Shown here: positions 25,556-37,464 of the stretch, piece by piece
Numbering within the stretch: the first letter of the stretch is position 1
Layout of the letters: each line of letters opens with the position of its first letter
Assembly (NCBI GenBank): GCA_002269645.1
Contig: NIVC01002501.1
Coordinates: 103,676 to 167,675, forward strand
Source of the DNA: Macrostomum lignano
Lineage: Eukaryota
DNA length: 64,000 nt
Direction of reading: 5' to 3'
Notes under the pieces: generated by a model
The model's input: only the letters and a program-made list of their open reading frames with translations
What the model was told of the DNA's origin: nothing
The model's database searches: none
Program-made: the position numbers and the translations under genes

Positions 25556-26155
25556 TCACTCGCAGTAGAACCAGAACACGGCCGCCGAGGCCAGAAAGCT
25601 CGGCCTCTCCAGCGTGCAGGTGACGAAGTCGTCCAGCTCCGAGTCGCCCGCAGTTCTCGACGCCATCATGAGGTGCTGCTGCGCTCGCTGCGTCACCGTC
25701 ACCATGACAACGATCTTGTAGCGCGGGCAGCTGAAGTTGTTCTTCATCCGGCGCTTCACATCCTCGGTGACCATCTTGGCCAGCTTGGGCGTCGCCTTGG
25801 CGTCGTAGCGCGACTCGGCCAGGAAGAACTTCAGGCTGTTCTCGGCGATGCGGCGCACCTCGGCGGCCGGGTACCTGGCGGCGGGCTCCGGGCCCAGCCG
25901 GTAGCTGTTCTCCTGCCGGCGCACCGGCCGGTTCCGGCGGTGCCGGGCGCGCAGGTCGCCGATGCGCCGCTTCAGCATCATCAGCGTGGCGAGGCTCGGC
26001 TGCTTCGCAGGCGAAGGCGCCGCCGAGGACGCAGTAGCAGCGGCGGCGGCTGCAGGCGTAGAGGCCGCATCCTCCGGTGTCTTGTGAGAAGCCTTTGCTG
26101 CCGACTTGGCCGCGGACTGGTGCTGCTGCTGATGCTGCTTGGTGGCTGAGCTCAT
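25556..26155 (-). CDS. Tctex-1 domain dynein light chain (TCTEX1D/DYNLT-like), single exon, 199 aa
   Basis: ENSYRLGP...YDAKAT..DVKRRMK...PRYKIVVMVTV...MASR..DSELDDF...AVFWFYCE is the Tctex-1 fold signature. The exact paralog is not assignable. Confidence 0.9.
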   Translation of the reverse strand: MSSATKQHQQQHQSAAKSAAKASHKTPEDAASTPAAAAAATASSAAPSPAKQPSLATLMMLKRRIGDLRARHRRNRPVRRQENSYRLGPEPAARYPAAEVRRIAENSLKFFLAESRYDAKATPKLAKMVTEDVKRRMKNNFSCPRYKIVVMVTVTQRAQQHLMMASRTAGDSELDDFVTCTLERPSFLASAAVFWFYCE

Positions 26156-26469
26156 GGCGTGGTGCGATCCTGAGTTTCCGACTCGGCTGGCGAGGTGAGC
26201 AACCTGGCGCGGCAGGAAATTTCGGTCGGCTGCGGAATGCCGATCAAGTAAGCGGCAGGGGCAGGGGGGAGCTGTTGCTCGCAGGCCCGCCTCCCCCTCC
26301 CTCCGCGACCCCTCCGGTGAGAACTGAGTGAGCTGAGCTGCAGCTGCGGCTTGATTGGCGCCACCGCCGAGGAAACAAAAGCGAAAGAGAGAATATGCCA
26401 GGCCCAGGCCACCCCTGCCTATCTCAGCGGCTCTCCCTCTTCACCTGCCCGGTGTTCTCGCTTCGCCCA

Positions 26470-26483
26470 GTTGCCATAGAAAC
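26470..26483. promoter_or_regulatory. RFX X-box (GTTGCCATAGAAAC), about 315 bp upstream of the Tctex-1 gene
   Basis: Perfect match to the GTHNYYATRRNAAC consensus, upstream of a ciliary-type gene. Confidence 0.6.
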
Positions 26484-27019
26484 GGTCCCTCCCCCCTCAA
26501 TAGTCGTCGGATAAGAGAGCCGAGATCGAGACGAGTGAGGCAGATAGGGAGACGCGGGGGAGAGGGAGAGAATTCTGTTTCTGCTGCCGGACCCGCCGGG
26601 TTTCAGTAGGAATTCCCGACACTGCTGGGCGCTGAGCAAATAGCAGAAAGGAGCGGGGGAGAACGGCTGGTAGCTGAGAGACCCCAGTAGCTGGGAGGAA
26701 TGCCAGGGCGGGATCCGGCACACCCAGCTGCAGCGCGCCAGCAATTGCTTTTATTGCTGAATGCCAAGTGACGCTTTATCAAAGCCAAGGACACCTGGAG
26801 CGAGAGTCTGGACTGAGAGTCATACGATTCTAAATATGCGATCGAGCAGGTTTCCACAGAATATTGCAAACTAAAATTTATAAAGATTTTAGCCAGGCAT
26901 CAAAAAAGTATTATAAACCAGATTCTGAGATTTTTCAGCTTTACCACAAGCTCAAAAAGTATATTTGACAAAATTTTTTTGATAACTTGTTATCACTAAA
27001 CTGCAGTACGCCAGAACTT

Positions 27020-27850
27020 AGGGCTTTAGCACCAAGGGGCTTTAGCACCAAGGGGCTTTAGCACCAAGGGGCTTTAGCACCAAGGGGCTTTAGCACCAAG
27101 GGGCTTTAGCACCAAGGGGCTTTAGCACCAAGGGGCTTTAGCACCAAGGGGCTTTAGCACCAAGGGGCTTTAGCACCAAGGGGCTTTAGCACCAAGGGGC
27201 TTTAGCACCAAGGGGCTTTAGCACCAAGGGGCTTTAGCACCAAGGGGCTTTAGCACCAAGGGGCTTTAGCACCAAGGGGCTTTAGCACCAAGGGGCTTTA
27301 GCACCAAGGGGCTTTAGCACCAAGGGGCTTTAGCACCAAGGGGCTTTAGCACCAAGGGGCTTTAGCACCAAGGGGCTTTAGCACCAAGGGGCTTTAGCAC
27401 CAAGGGGCTTTAGCACCAAGGGGCTTTAGCACCAAGGGGCTTTAGCACCAAGGGGCTTTAGCACCAAGGGGCTTTAGCACCAAGGGGCTTTAGCACCAAG
27501 GGGCTTTAGCACCAAGGGGCTTTAGCACCAAGGGGCTTTAGCACCAAGGGGCTTTAGCACCAAGGGGCTTTAGCACCAAGGGGCTTTAGCACCAAGGGGC
27601 TTTAGCACCAAGGGGCTTTAGCACCAAGGGGCTTTAGCACCAAGGGGCTTTAGCACCAAGGGGCTTTAGCACCAAGGGGCTTTAGCACCAAGGGGCTTTA
27701 GCACCAAGGGGCTTTAGCACCAAGGGGCTTTAGCACCAAGGGGCTTTAGCACCAAGGGGCTTTAGCACCAAGGGGCTTTAGCACCAAGGGGCTTTAGCAC
27801 CAAGGGGCTTTAGCACCAAGGGCTTTAGCACCAAGGGGCTTTAGCACCAG
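27020..27850. repeat. 16-bp minisatellite (ACCAAGGGGCTTTAGC), about 52 copies
   Basis: Near-perfect array with one 15-bp unit near the right end. Confidence 0.98.
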
Positions 27851-28184
27851 AATTTGAGGGTTAGGGAATGCTTTGGCGCTACGGACTCCAGTTGTCGGCC
27901 TCCTTGATCAAAGAATAGTTTTTATGACTAGCAATCAGCCCTCATTTAAACTCTGCAGTTTTATTGCTGACTTGCAAACAATTTTTATTTCTCTGTGTTG
28001 CATCGCCTGCCCAGGAAAAGCCTTCCCAGGCCCAGCAATGAAACTCTTCCTGTGCTCAAAGAGTGCAGGTTGGGGAATCGGCTCCACTCTTGTCAGGGTT
28101 ATTGGCAGCCAGCTTAGCAATCGATAGATTTCAATCAAATGAGTTTAGAGCTCTGAATTTCTATTTTGGGCTTTCTGCAGACTC

Positions 28185-28427
28185 TTGGGAGAAGAAAGGC
28201 CCCCTGAAGAGATTTCTGTGGTGCTTACAGGTGTTAATTGCATTTCGATTTTCTCCATGGAGGATATTATTAGACATTTTAGGGTGAGTCAGAAGCTTCT
28301 TATGACTCGCTGTATGCGGCTGCATCCGCGAATGCTCAAGGACACAGTGCAAGCGGTGGCCATCATCAACGACGCGATGACGGAGGCTGAGATCAGCCGC
28401 TTCTTCAGCTTAATGCGGTCACCCTAA
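28185..28427 (+). pseudogene. diverged C-terminal fragment of the PAN-LamG family
   Basis: PRMLKDTVQAVAIINDAMTEAEISRFFSLMR matches the family C-terminus; the upstream part is highly diverged. Confidence 0.78.
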
Positions 28428-28454
28428 GATGTCGCCAGCTTCGCTAACTGAATC

Positions 28455-28815
28455 ATCAGTGTTGCGAGCTCGCACTTCAGTAGAATTATTGAAAAGTTCG
28501 GTAACTGGAGTTGTTTCAATTGATTACACCTGTCCCATTAGGGCCAGATGTGCACCGACAGCTCAGCCGCAGCTATTGCGCAGCGCATCTGAAAGCTGCG
28601 TACGGCTGTTCAGTCCAAGGACTGCTGGGGTCGCCACACCCTCAATTACCTCAGCTAATGCTGGCACCCATTTTACAGCTGGGTGAACTGAAGCAATGCA
28701 GAGAGAGATAAGTGTCTTGCTCACATGACACAAATTGTTCTAGTGGGATCGGGAATCGAACCCCCGACCTTCAAGTCGTGAGTCCGACGCTCTAACCACT
28801 AGGCTACAACCCCCT
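28455..28815 (-). mobile_element. CORE-SINE (tRNA head + CORE domain)
   Basis: Minus strand has a tRNA-like head GGTTGTAGCCTAGTGGTTAGAGCG...GGTTCGATTCCC, then TGTGTCATGTGAGCAAGACACTTATCTCTCT..GCTTCAGTTCACCCAGCTGTAAAATGGG, which resembles the CORE consensus. The 3' boundary is approximate. Confidence 0.78.
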
Positions 28816-29315
28816 ACTTTTGAATCAGCCCTCGTATATTATTCTTCATGTGCCGGGATTATCTTGTTTATTGCTATGATGTAGCAAGTTCGAGCTGCTA
28901 ATTTTTTTAAAACAAAAAATACTGTCATGTCGTTTTACGCTTTGCCTTGGCGACGCGACTCAACAAATGATGAAGTCGAGCACAGGCTGTTCTCAGCTCC
29001 TTGATTACGCTTCGGACACTGCCGCAGTCAAGGCGACACGAGTTGACCCGGTAGCATGGACGCTGGCAGCTAAGGACCCCTGAACATGCTCAAGCACACG
29101 GATGCGTCCCCTGTGCCTTTTGGGACTGGCCCTGATGAGAGGACCTCAGCTGTCTAAATTTAAATTGCAACATTACTTCTTTCAGTAACCAATAACTCAA
29201 AATTGACCCTAAAATTGCCTACAGTATCCAGCTGCCATTGCTCAGATGCCTGCCATCTGCATCGCTGTAACACATCTCGAAAGGAACATAAAATTAAAGG
29301 AACATAATTAGGGTG

Positions 29316-29341
29316 CACACACACACACACACACACACACA
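29316..29341. repeat. (CA)n microsatellite
   Basis: Direct reading of the sequence. Confidence 0.95.
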
Positions 29342-29997
29342 TGATTCCTGCAGAAGTAGCACCTTACTACTGCATGGTAGCATATGGTTTATTTCTAAAC
29401 AAGAACCAGCGCAAAAGCAAACTCAGTCGGGTGCTCAGTCGAGGGATTCAAATCACACGTTGACTGAAGCGAATTCGCGTGTTTGTGCCAAATAGCGCTA
29501 TTGCCCCTAAAAGCAGCGTGTTTACGAAAGCACACAGTCATGGCGCCCCAAGCAATCAGGCAGGATTTATTGGTGCAAATAGTAAGGCATCAAGCAATTT
29601 TGCAAGAAATCATTCCAGTCTCTGCTTTGTATTGACATTTAACTTTTAGTTGAACATCCAGAGCAATAAACCTGTGATGCCTGCTACCAACTTTGGTCTG
29701 ATGGAGTCAGTGCAAGTTGCCGCGATTTGAGCTTAGCTCCTCTGCCATCCAATCATTCCAGACTTTCACGGATGCGGCTGACTTCAAACAAATTTTATCG
29801 TCTATTTATCTAACAGCTCCAGATTGACTCACCCGGACTTCTCCCAGGACTAAAGCGCTTCAAAGCGACAGTGTTTTGACTGCAACAATAGAAAAGAGGG
29901 GCAGATACCATGCAGCTCAATTTCAGGAGTTTTTCAGCACTCTGAGCATCGGTAAGACTTACTAATTATTGCACTTCCTGAAGATAAAAACCTACCA

Positions 29998-31017
29998 ATG
30001 TCACTGTGTACTTCAGGTAGTTCGCTGCTTGTTCTGTTTCTCTGTATTCATCTGAGCTGCTGCGATATATCTGCTGAAATGTGGCATCGTCTGAGCAGCC
30101 CGCAGTGCCTGCCTGAGAATCCAGCAGTGCGGGCGACCCAGATTCAGAGAGGCATCATCGAGTGCCTCGATTACGGCGCCTCGAGCAAACTGCTGGTTGC
30201 CCAGTTCGACTCGGACACTCGCCAGTGCTCGCTCTTCCAATACACCGCAGTGTGCCACCTCATCGATGGACTCGCTGCTGCAGAGAGCTCGCAGTCCCGC
30301 CGCTGTGCCGCATTTGCCAATGCCAGAGCCGCCAAGTTCCTCACCTTGAGCAGGAAACTCATGCTGGGTGTGGGCTCGAAGCTGAGGGCCGCCTGGGTGA
30401 TGAGCGACGATGCGGACGCCAGCAGGAGCAACTTGGTGTGCGGCCAGACGCAGCAGTGGATGTCGGAGAATGTGGAGTGGAGCAGCGAGGGAGCCAAACT
30501 CGACGGAGTGTCGTCCAAGATGTGGCTGGAGAACGTGGAGCTCGCGAGCGTGCAGCAGGGACTCACGTGGCTGGTCAGGCTCAAGCGGGATGCCCGAGTG
30601 GAGGCAACGCTGCTCGAATCCTACAACTGCAACTCCACGGGGGATCGGGGCGCGGCGTTTTGGGACGGCTGGACTGGCGGATGGGGCCTGTACTTCTTCA
30701 GGGTGGCTTCATCTTACTTTGAGTACTTCACACCTTCTGCCACGAACTCGTTTGACCCGAATGGATTCGTTGAGGTCGGCGTCACCTCGGCGTCTCCGTC
30801 AGGCCGCGACTTCTTCTCCAACTCCGGGTTCGTGCCGCGGTCTGCTGTGAACACTGGTCCTCAGCGTAACTCTGCCGTGTCGACATGCCGCTGCATCCGC
30901 TTGGGATTTCGACCTGGCGACCCGCGAATGCTGAAGGGCACGGTGCAGGCGGTGGCCATCATGAACGACACGATGACGGAGGCTGAGATTCGCAGCTTCT
31001 TTGGTCTGGTCCTTTGA
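29998..31017 (+). CDS. secreted PAN/apple-like + LamG/ConA-like protein, copy 3
   Basis: 339-aa ORF with signal peptide SSLLVLFLCIHLSCC. The true start may lie in an upstream exon, because the phase-1 acceptor CTTCAG|GT at 30016/7 matches the other copies. Confidence 0.82.
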   Translation: MSLCTSGSSLLVLFLCIHLSCCDISAEMWHRLSSPQCLPENPAVRATQIQRGIIECLDYGASSKLLVAQFDSDTRQCSLFQYTAVCHLIDGLAAAESSQSRRCAAFANARAAKFLTLSRKLMLGVGSKLRAAWVMSDDADASRSNLVCGQTQQWMSENVEWSSEGAKLDGVSSKMWLENVELASVQQGLTWLVRLKRDARVEATLLESYNCNSTGDRGAAFWDGWTGGWGLYFFRVASSYFEYFTPSATNSFDPNGFVEVGVTSASPSGRDFFSNSGFVPRSAVNTGPQRNSAVSTCRCIRLGFRPGDPRMLKGTVQAVAIMNDTMTEAEIRSFFGLVL

Positions 31018-31049
31018 CTCAGCAAGCAGCTCGGTCCGTGCAATTCAAC

Positions 31050-31053
<4 letters not shown>

Positions 31054-31092
<39 letters not shown>

Positions 31093-31100
31093 AGAGAGAG

Positions 31101-31135
<35 letters not shown>
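31054..31135. repeat. compound microsatellite (CA)n(GA)n(TA)n(GA)n
   Basis: Direct reading of the sequence. Confidence 0.95.
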
Positions 31136-33254
31136 AACACCGATGCTTTGTTACGAAATGATTCTGTGTGATTAATCTTTAATTCAATATTTTGGCCTTA
31201 CGCGCATCGCAGACTATACTAACGTACTAAGTTACTTTCGTTGTTCTATGGCTGCATGTGAAGATTTATTAAAAGAGAACCCTTCTTTTGTGATGAATTC
31301 TCCTGCACTTGTAGTACTTATTCAGTCACTCCGACTTTGTCTATTGTATTGACATACCTGTGCTCATTGCTCAATTGCACTGTACTGACAGCATGGGGTT
31401 ACCCTCTCTTGCTCTTCTTTCTTTGAGACGCCTGTTGGTTAAGGCTTTAATTCTATTTGTGTATTTATTAATTTGTCTGTTTCTCAGCTCCCCTTTTAAT
31501 GCATGCTGCAGTCACTGGTTGTGTTGGCGTCACCTTTTCTAACCCGGCCGTCTCGCGCGCGATTGGCTGTCCCAGGGTTGAGGCGCGATCGACCCTTCTG
31601 TCCTTTTGTTATCTCGCTCGCTTTGATTGGCTGAACCGTTTTTTAGCTGCCTAAGTCCCAGTTTTCTACCCCCCTTTTCTGTCTCCCCTCCCCGTGTGTT
31701 CAAGTCTGCAAGCTCTATTTATTGAGAACTCCCCTATGGGCCGCTTATGCGATTGCGTTGCCCCTGTCTGTGATCCGGTCCGTCTGCGCTCTCAGCTCGA
31801 ATCTGTCAGAAATATACGACTCTCCCTATACGACCTAGTTTCATCGCTGCTGTACCACGTAAGACGTTTGTTGTTTCGTCTTTAGTTGGGTTTGACTGTT
31901 TTAGGGCCCAGCTGGGATTCGGAGCGTCGTACGCCCGTCTGATCTCAATTGGCACAGCATGGTATGCGTGCAGAGACATTCGGAACTACTCGAGTAGTTT
32001 GGCCCCAGCTGACTCTGCTGTGACGTGACCGCAGCATTGGGTGCGTACACGAGCCCGGACTAGCGGGAATTGTTTCTGGGGTTCCGCCTCCCCTCCCCAA
32101 ACACGAAAATTGAAATCGGATGCCTTTGCTTTGCGTAGGCTAATTTGCAGCTGTTGTATTTTTGAGAGATATCGGATTATCAATTCAATTTGACTGTGAC
32201 TGTTTAGAAGGCCAAGCTAATCAGGATTGATCAATCGGTAACGACACGTCAGGATTTTGTTTATCAGCTTCATTTTTTGCATACATGCGCAGAACTCTTT
32301 AGAAGTGTCTAACCTGGTAAGGAAGTATGAAGTGAATGGTGACTTCAGATGTAAACACCTTTAACTACTACTAAGAGTAAAGATTGTTGCAAAGCTTTCT
32401 AGAGGCCGTTGAGTTGCGTGCTTTGAGTAGTGAGCTCGATCAGTTATTTCTCCAGCTCGTGAGTTTAACAAAGTCAGCACGCCAGGGTAACACAACAGGC
32501 ATCATCTCGGAACCGGCAAAAACGCCTGCAGGCTGATTCTGGCTTGAGTGATTGAAGAAGCTGCATGGCTGGATCAGCCATGATGCCTATTCAAATAATT
32601 TAGAAACATTTGCAGATAAAAATGGGTAAACAAAAACTGACGCTTAATGCTTCATGGATGATGAATAGGATAAAACACCATCAGATGCGCTTGGATCGCT
32701 ATGTGGTCTTCATTACTTGTTTTAGAAACTTTGCACCGGAGAAGTAGCTCGTAGCTGGGAAATTAGTTACAGAATCGCTTGCTCAAAATTGTTTGTTTTA
32801 AAAAGTAGAAATTGACTCCAAAATCCAGTGAGCACCGCCACTAATGCATTGGATCGACACTTGATCCCATAAACAGGGGTGGACGCGACATTTGGTATCA
32901 GCGGTGACTGGGGTGTCTGCAATGCAGTTTCGATCGCACCAGTTCCAATCAAGCCACACTGAAAGCTCCAGAAAGCATCCGCTACCCCTGAACAGCCAAT
33001 CAAATTGCAGCATGATGAAGAGGAATTTCCAGCGTCCTAGAATGCTCAGATAAATTCAGCACGCTAAGTCATAAGCCGAAGTCACATCGACTCAGCTGAG
33101 TTATTCCTGAATAAAGCGACCGGACAGCTGCAGCCATGTCGCCTCGAATCTCGGAGCGAAGACTATTCGGTAAGATCTTGTCAAATGGAAACACTTCATC
33201 GTAGGAGGCTTGCAGCCAAACCAGTTCTGTGTTGTTCCTTTTCATGACTTTCAG

Positions 33255-34255
33255 GTCCGATTCTGCTGTTTTCACTTCTAAGCCTGGCCCAGCTGGTCCA
33301 TTCCCGAAGCCCGCCGGGCCTCTGGCACCGTCTGAGTAGCCCGCAGTGCCTGCCTGAGAATCTGGCAGTGCGGGCGACCAAGATTCAGAGAGGCATCATC
33401 GAGTGCCTCGATTACGGCGCCTCGAGCAAACTGCTGGTGGCCCAGTTCGACTCGGACACTCGCCAGTGCTCGCTCTTCCAATACACCGCAGTGTGCCACC
33501 TCATCGATGGACTCGCTGCTGCAGAGAGCTCGCAGTCCCGCCGCTGTGCCGCATTCGCCAATGCCAGAGCCGCCAAGTTCCTCACCTTGAGCAGGAAGCT
33601 CATGCTGGGTGTGGGCTCGAAGCTGAGGGCCGCCTGGGTGATGAGCGACGATGCGGACGCCAGCAGGAGCAACTTGGTGTGCGGCCAGACGCAGCAGTGG
33701 ATGTCGGAGAATGTGGAGTGGAGCAGCGAGGGAGCCAAGCTCGACGGAGTGTCGTCCAAGATGTGGCTGGAGAACGTGGAGTTCGCGAGCGTGCAGCAGG
33801 GACTCACGTGGCTGGTCAGGCTCAAGCGGACTGTCCGAGTGGAGGCAACGCTGCTCGAATCCTTTAGCTGCGACTTCATGGCTCTTTGTGCGGGTTTTTG
33901 GGACGGCTGGACTGGCGGATGGGGCCTGTACTTCTTCAGGGTGGCTTCATATTACTTTGAGTACTTCACACCTTCTGCCACGAACTCGTTTGACCCGAAT
34001 GAATTCGTAGAGGTCGGCGTTACTTCGGCGTCTCCGTCGAGCCGCGACTTCTTCTCCGACTCCACGTTCGTGCCGCGGTCTGCTGTGAGCGCTGGTCCTC
34101 AGCGTAACTCTGCCGAGCCGACATGCCGCTGCATCCGCTTGGGATTTCGACCTGCCGACCCGCGAATGCTGAAGGGCACGGTGCAGGCGGTGGTCATCAT
34201 GAACGACACGATGACGGAAGCTGAGCTCCGCAGCTTCTTCGGCCTTCTGCGCTGA
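33255..34255 (+). CDS. secreted PAN/apple-like + LamG/ConA-like protein, copy 4 (main exon)
   Basis: Phase-1 acceptor TTTCAG|GT, then PILLFSLLSLAQLVHSRSPPGLWHRLSSPQCLPENL, open to the stop at 34255. Confidence 0.82.
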
Positions 34256-35981
34256 CTCTGAGACTACAATTAACAAGAAAGCGCCATTTTTCTGCTGTTT
34301 TGAGGCTTTGGTCATTCGTGTTAAATGCTAATTTTGAGAATAGGAGCGTGCAAACATCAACTAACTTCAACTCTTTGTCCTCTATTCTCTAAAACCAAGA
34401 AAATAACACCGTTTTATTGTATCAGAGCACATCAAACTTGACATTTAGGAATTCTTACATAAAGTTTTTGTTTTTGCCCATGAGAATTCGTTTACCATAA
34501 AATATATATTTGCCTGCATACATAGACTGCAATACCTGGTGGCTGCGTTAATGATTAGCTAATGAATATTCTGGCCTATCTGTTGTTGACTTCATCTGCA
34601 TCTGCATAAGCATGTTGAAAATTGCGTGTACAATATTTTTTAATACTGGAATTAATTGAGTCAGTGCTCGGGCATTCTCACCTCGCAACTACAGCAGCGA
34701 TACGTGAATTATTTTTTCTGGCCATGGAAATTGCCGCAGCCAACCTAGCTAGCTCATGCCTGTGAAGGGTTGGGGAAGTAGGATTGGCAAATTTTTTTAT
34801 CTGTTTACTCAACCGAATGCAATTAACCTTTGTGTCAATTAGTCACCTAAATGGTTCAATAAATTGCATAGTTATTTTTAATTCCAGGAGAAAGTTTGAC
34901 TTAACCTCGCTCCGGACCACTTGACTCAGCAAGTTAATTGATAAGTGACCTGCGAAATTTGCTAATATTAGGGATTTGCGGGAATGTTCGATCGTACCAG
35001 ATGCTTGCACCGTACAAAAATTGTTCTTTTCCATCCATGTCTTTGATTGATTTCAGAAAAAACGGCTCAATCGATTTTTTAAATACTTGCACCGTTCGAT
35101 CAGCAGAAATATCCCGTGACCGTGACGTACACTGTACATGTACATACATAATACTCCTATGTACTCGTACATGTATATGTCGTTGCTAAGAAATTTGTCA
35201 ATGCTATAAGGATTAAGCATCCTATATACTAAATATTTTATTCTAAAATCCCACAACAAGAACGTTAACAAAATTACAATACAAGAGCGAAAACATTTAC
35301 GGTACAATTACATAACTTGTGGCGTGGAGGTCATCATTAACTTCGACAGCTTCGGTCGCATTAGTTTCATTTATTATTTTAAATTCAGTCATTTGAAAAT
35401 TGTATTATATAATCTACATGTACATGAATTACGCGTGGCATGAAACTGACCCAAATTGAATTTTTATACGATCGGATCATTGTAAAAGTAAATTTATGCT
35501 GGTTAAAAGCTTGTTTCGACTGTAAATTAGATGGTCTCTTTCTGCATTAAATGCGCTAATTGTACTGTAAATGTATGCAAACATGAGTATGATGACCTTA
35601 CGGTTATATTAAAAACTCCTTTCCGCATTTATATGTATTGTCCCTCCATAAATTTCTTTTTTATGCAAAGCCAAAACGGTATCCCCTTGCGAATTTCTTT
35701 CTCTTTGATCCTTCATAAAATAATTAAAGTACTGCGGTATTATGAGCGTAATGCTCCCCGGCCTGCGGCCATAAATTAAAAGTCACTTATACATGTACAA
35801 TAGTGACGAGCTAAAAATCGTATTTATCATGTAAAAGTACCCTATATAGCCCTATATAGCTCCTTTTCGAATTATTATTAAATGATCCCTAATTGGGACT
35901 TCATAATCCCGATGGCCAATCACCTGATCGGGATCCCTAACATTGACTTTTTTGGCCAAATAGGCTATTCGCCTGAGCCCA

Positions 35982-36271
<290 letters not shown>

Positions 36272-37464
36272 ACTATGGCAACGCGGGTTTAAAGACATTG
36301 GGCAGGGAATTGCTCAAGGTTGCAGAAATACATTTATTTTTCGTTTAATGCACGGCTTGTCGAGTAAAACAAAATCAATTACAGCGGTAATGCAACCATC
36401 ATACTTTATCAAAATACTAATTATGAAATAATAATTAGTTAAAAAATATAACTTTCTGCACAAAGCTTTTGAAAAGTAAGAATGCGCCATGGAAACTCGG
36501 TTAATTTATTGCATGAATTGTATTTTGAATTTTCGTGAAAAATTAGTAAACAAGTTTGAAGTTAACTATAAAAATCAATCTTTTCTTTTAATTGCCCATA
36601 ATAGACCTCAACTAAAGTAAAAAAATCCGAATCGAACTATAATTTTCTACAAAAAGTGGGGTGCTGATTTGGATGACTTTATTTATTTATGCTACTTTGT
36701 CTTTCGTGAGAATCGGTTTGGTTGTAAAAGCATTCTGGGTACTGGGTTAAATCATGTAACACTGTTGCATTTTTTGCTCGATTTTTAGTTTGCGAAAAGA
36801 TTTAACTTCCAGGTGTTGAGAGCTATTTGAAAAACCATCATGATAAGCTAAAAAGAATATCAACTGATGTGGCTTAAGAAATAAACGATTTTGCCTTTAT
36901 TTTGGGTTCGGTTTTTTAATACTTTTAGATATTTATTTATTTAAAAATTTCATATAGATAGGATAGAAATACACAGATCTGGGTAATATATTATTGAAAA
37001 TTATTTTATTGTTGCTTAAGAATAAGTGAACAAATATTTTCTAAAGTTAATCTATTAAAAGAATTTACTCTTGTTCAAAGCAAACAGTAGAAATGCCTTG
37101 GCAACATAATATTGTTATGAAATTGTTTGGATTGATTTATGTGTTTTATGTCATTCATTGTTTGTAAAAGAATGTTTCTATTAGATAGTAAAGAGACTCC
37201 AGATTCTATAAGTGTGCCAATTTTACAAATGACATGATGGTTTGATAAAAAAACTTAGTTCTAGATATTCCTTTTAAGAAAAAATAAAACGATTTATTCT
37301 TAACTTTTTTCACCTACTCTACCACAGTTTTTAGGGTGGCTGCAATATTTTTATGTACCAGAAAGTTGTTGCACCTGAAAAAATGTCTTTAGTAAACTCC
37401 CATTTCCCCAAAAATAACCACTTCCCCAAATAAAATCTTCAGTGCAGCTGACTTAGCAGCGCAA

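Noticed and set aside
27017-27870. TTAGGG hexamers flanking the 16-bp array as interstitial telomere
   Set aside because: Only single hexamers are present, which is expected by chance.
28743-28812. functional tRNA-Val(CAC) gene
   Set aside because: The anticodon stem is mismatched and the sequence runs directly into a CORE-like body, so it is a SINE head.
18434-33879. recurrent antisense and alternative-frame ORFs over the PAN-LamG genes
   Set aside because: They are shadows of GC-rich codon usage and recur only because the genes are duplicated.
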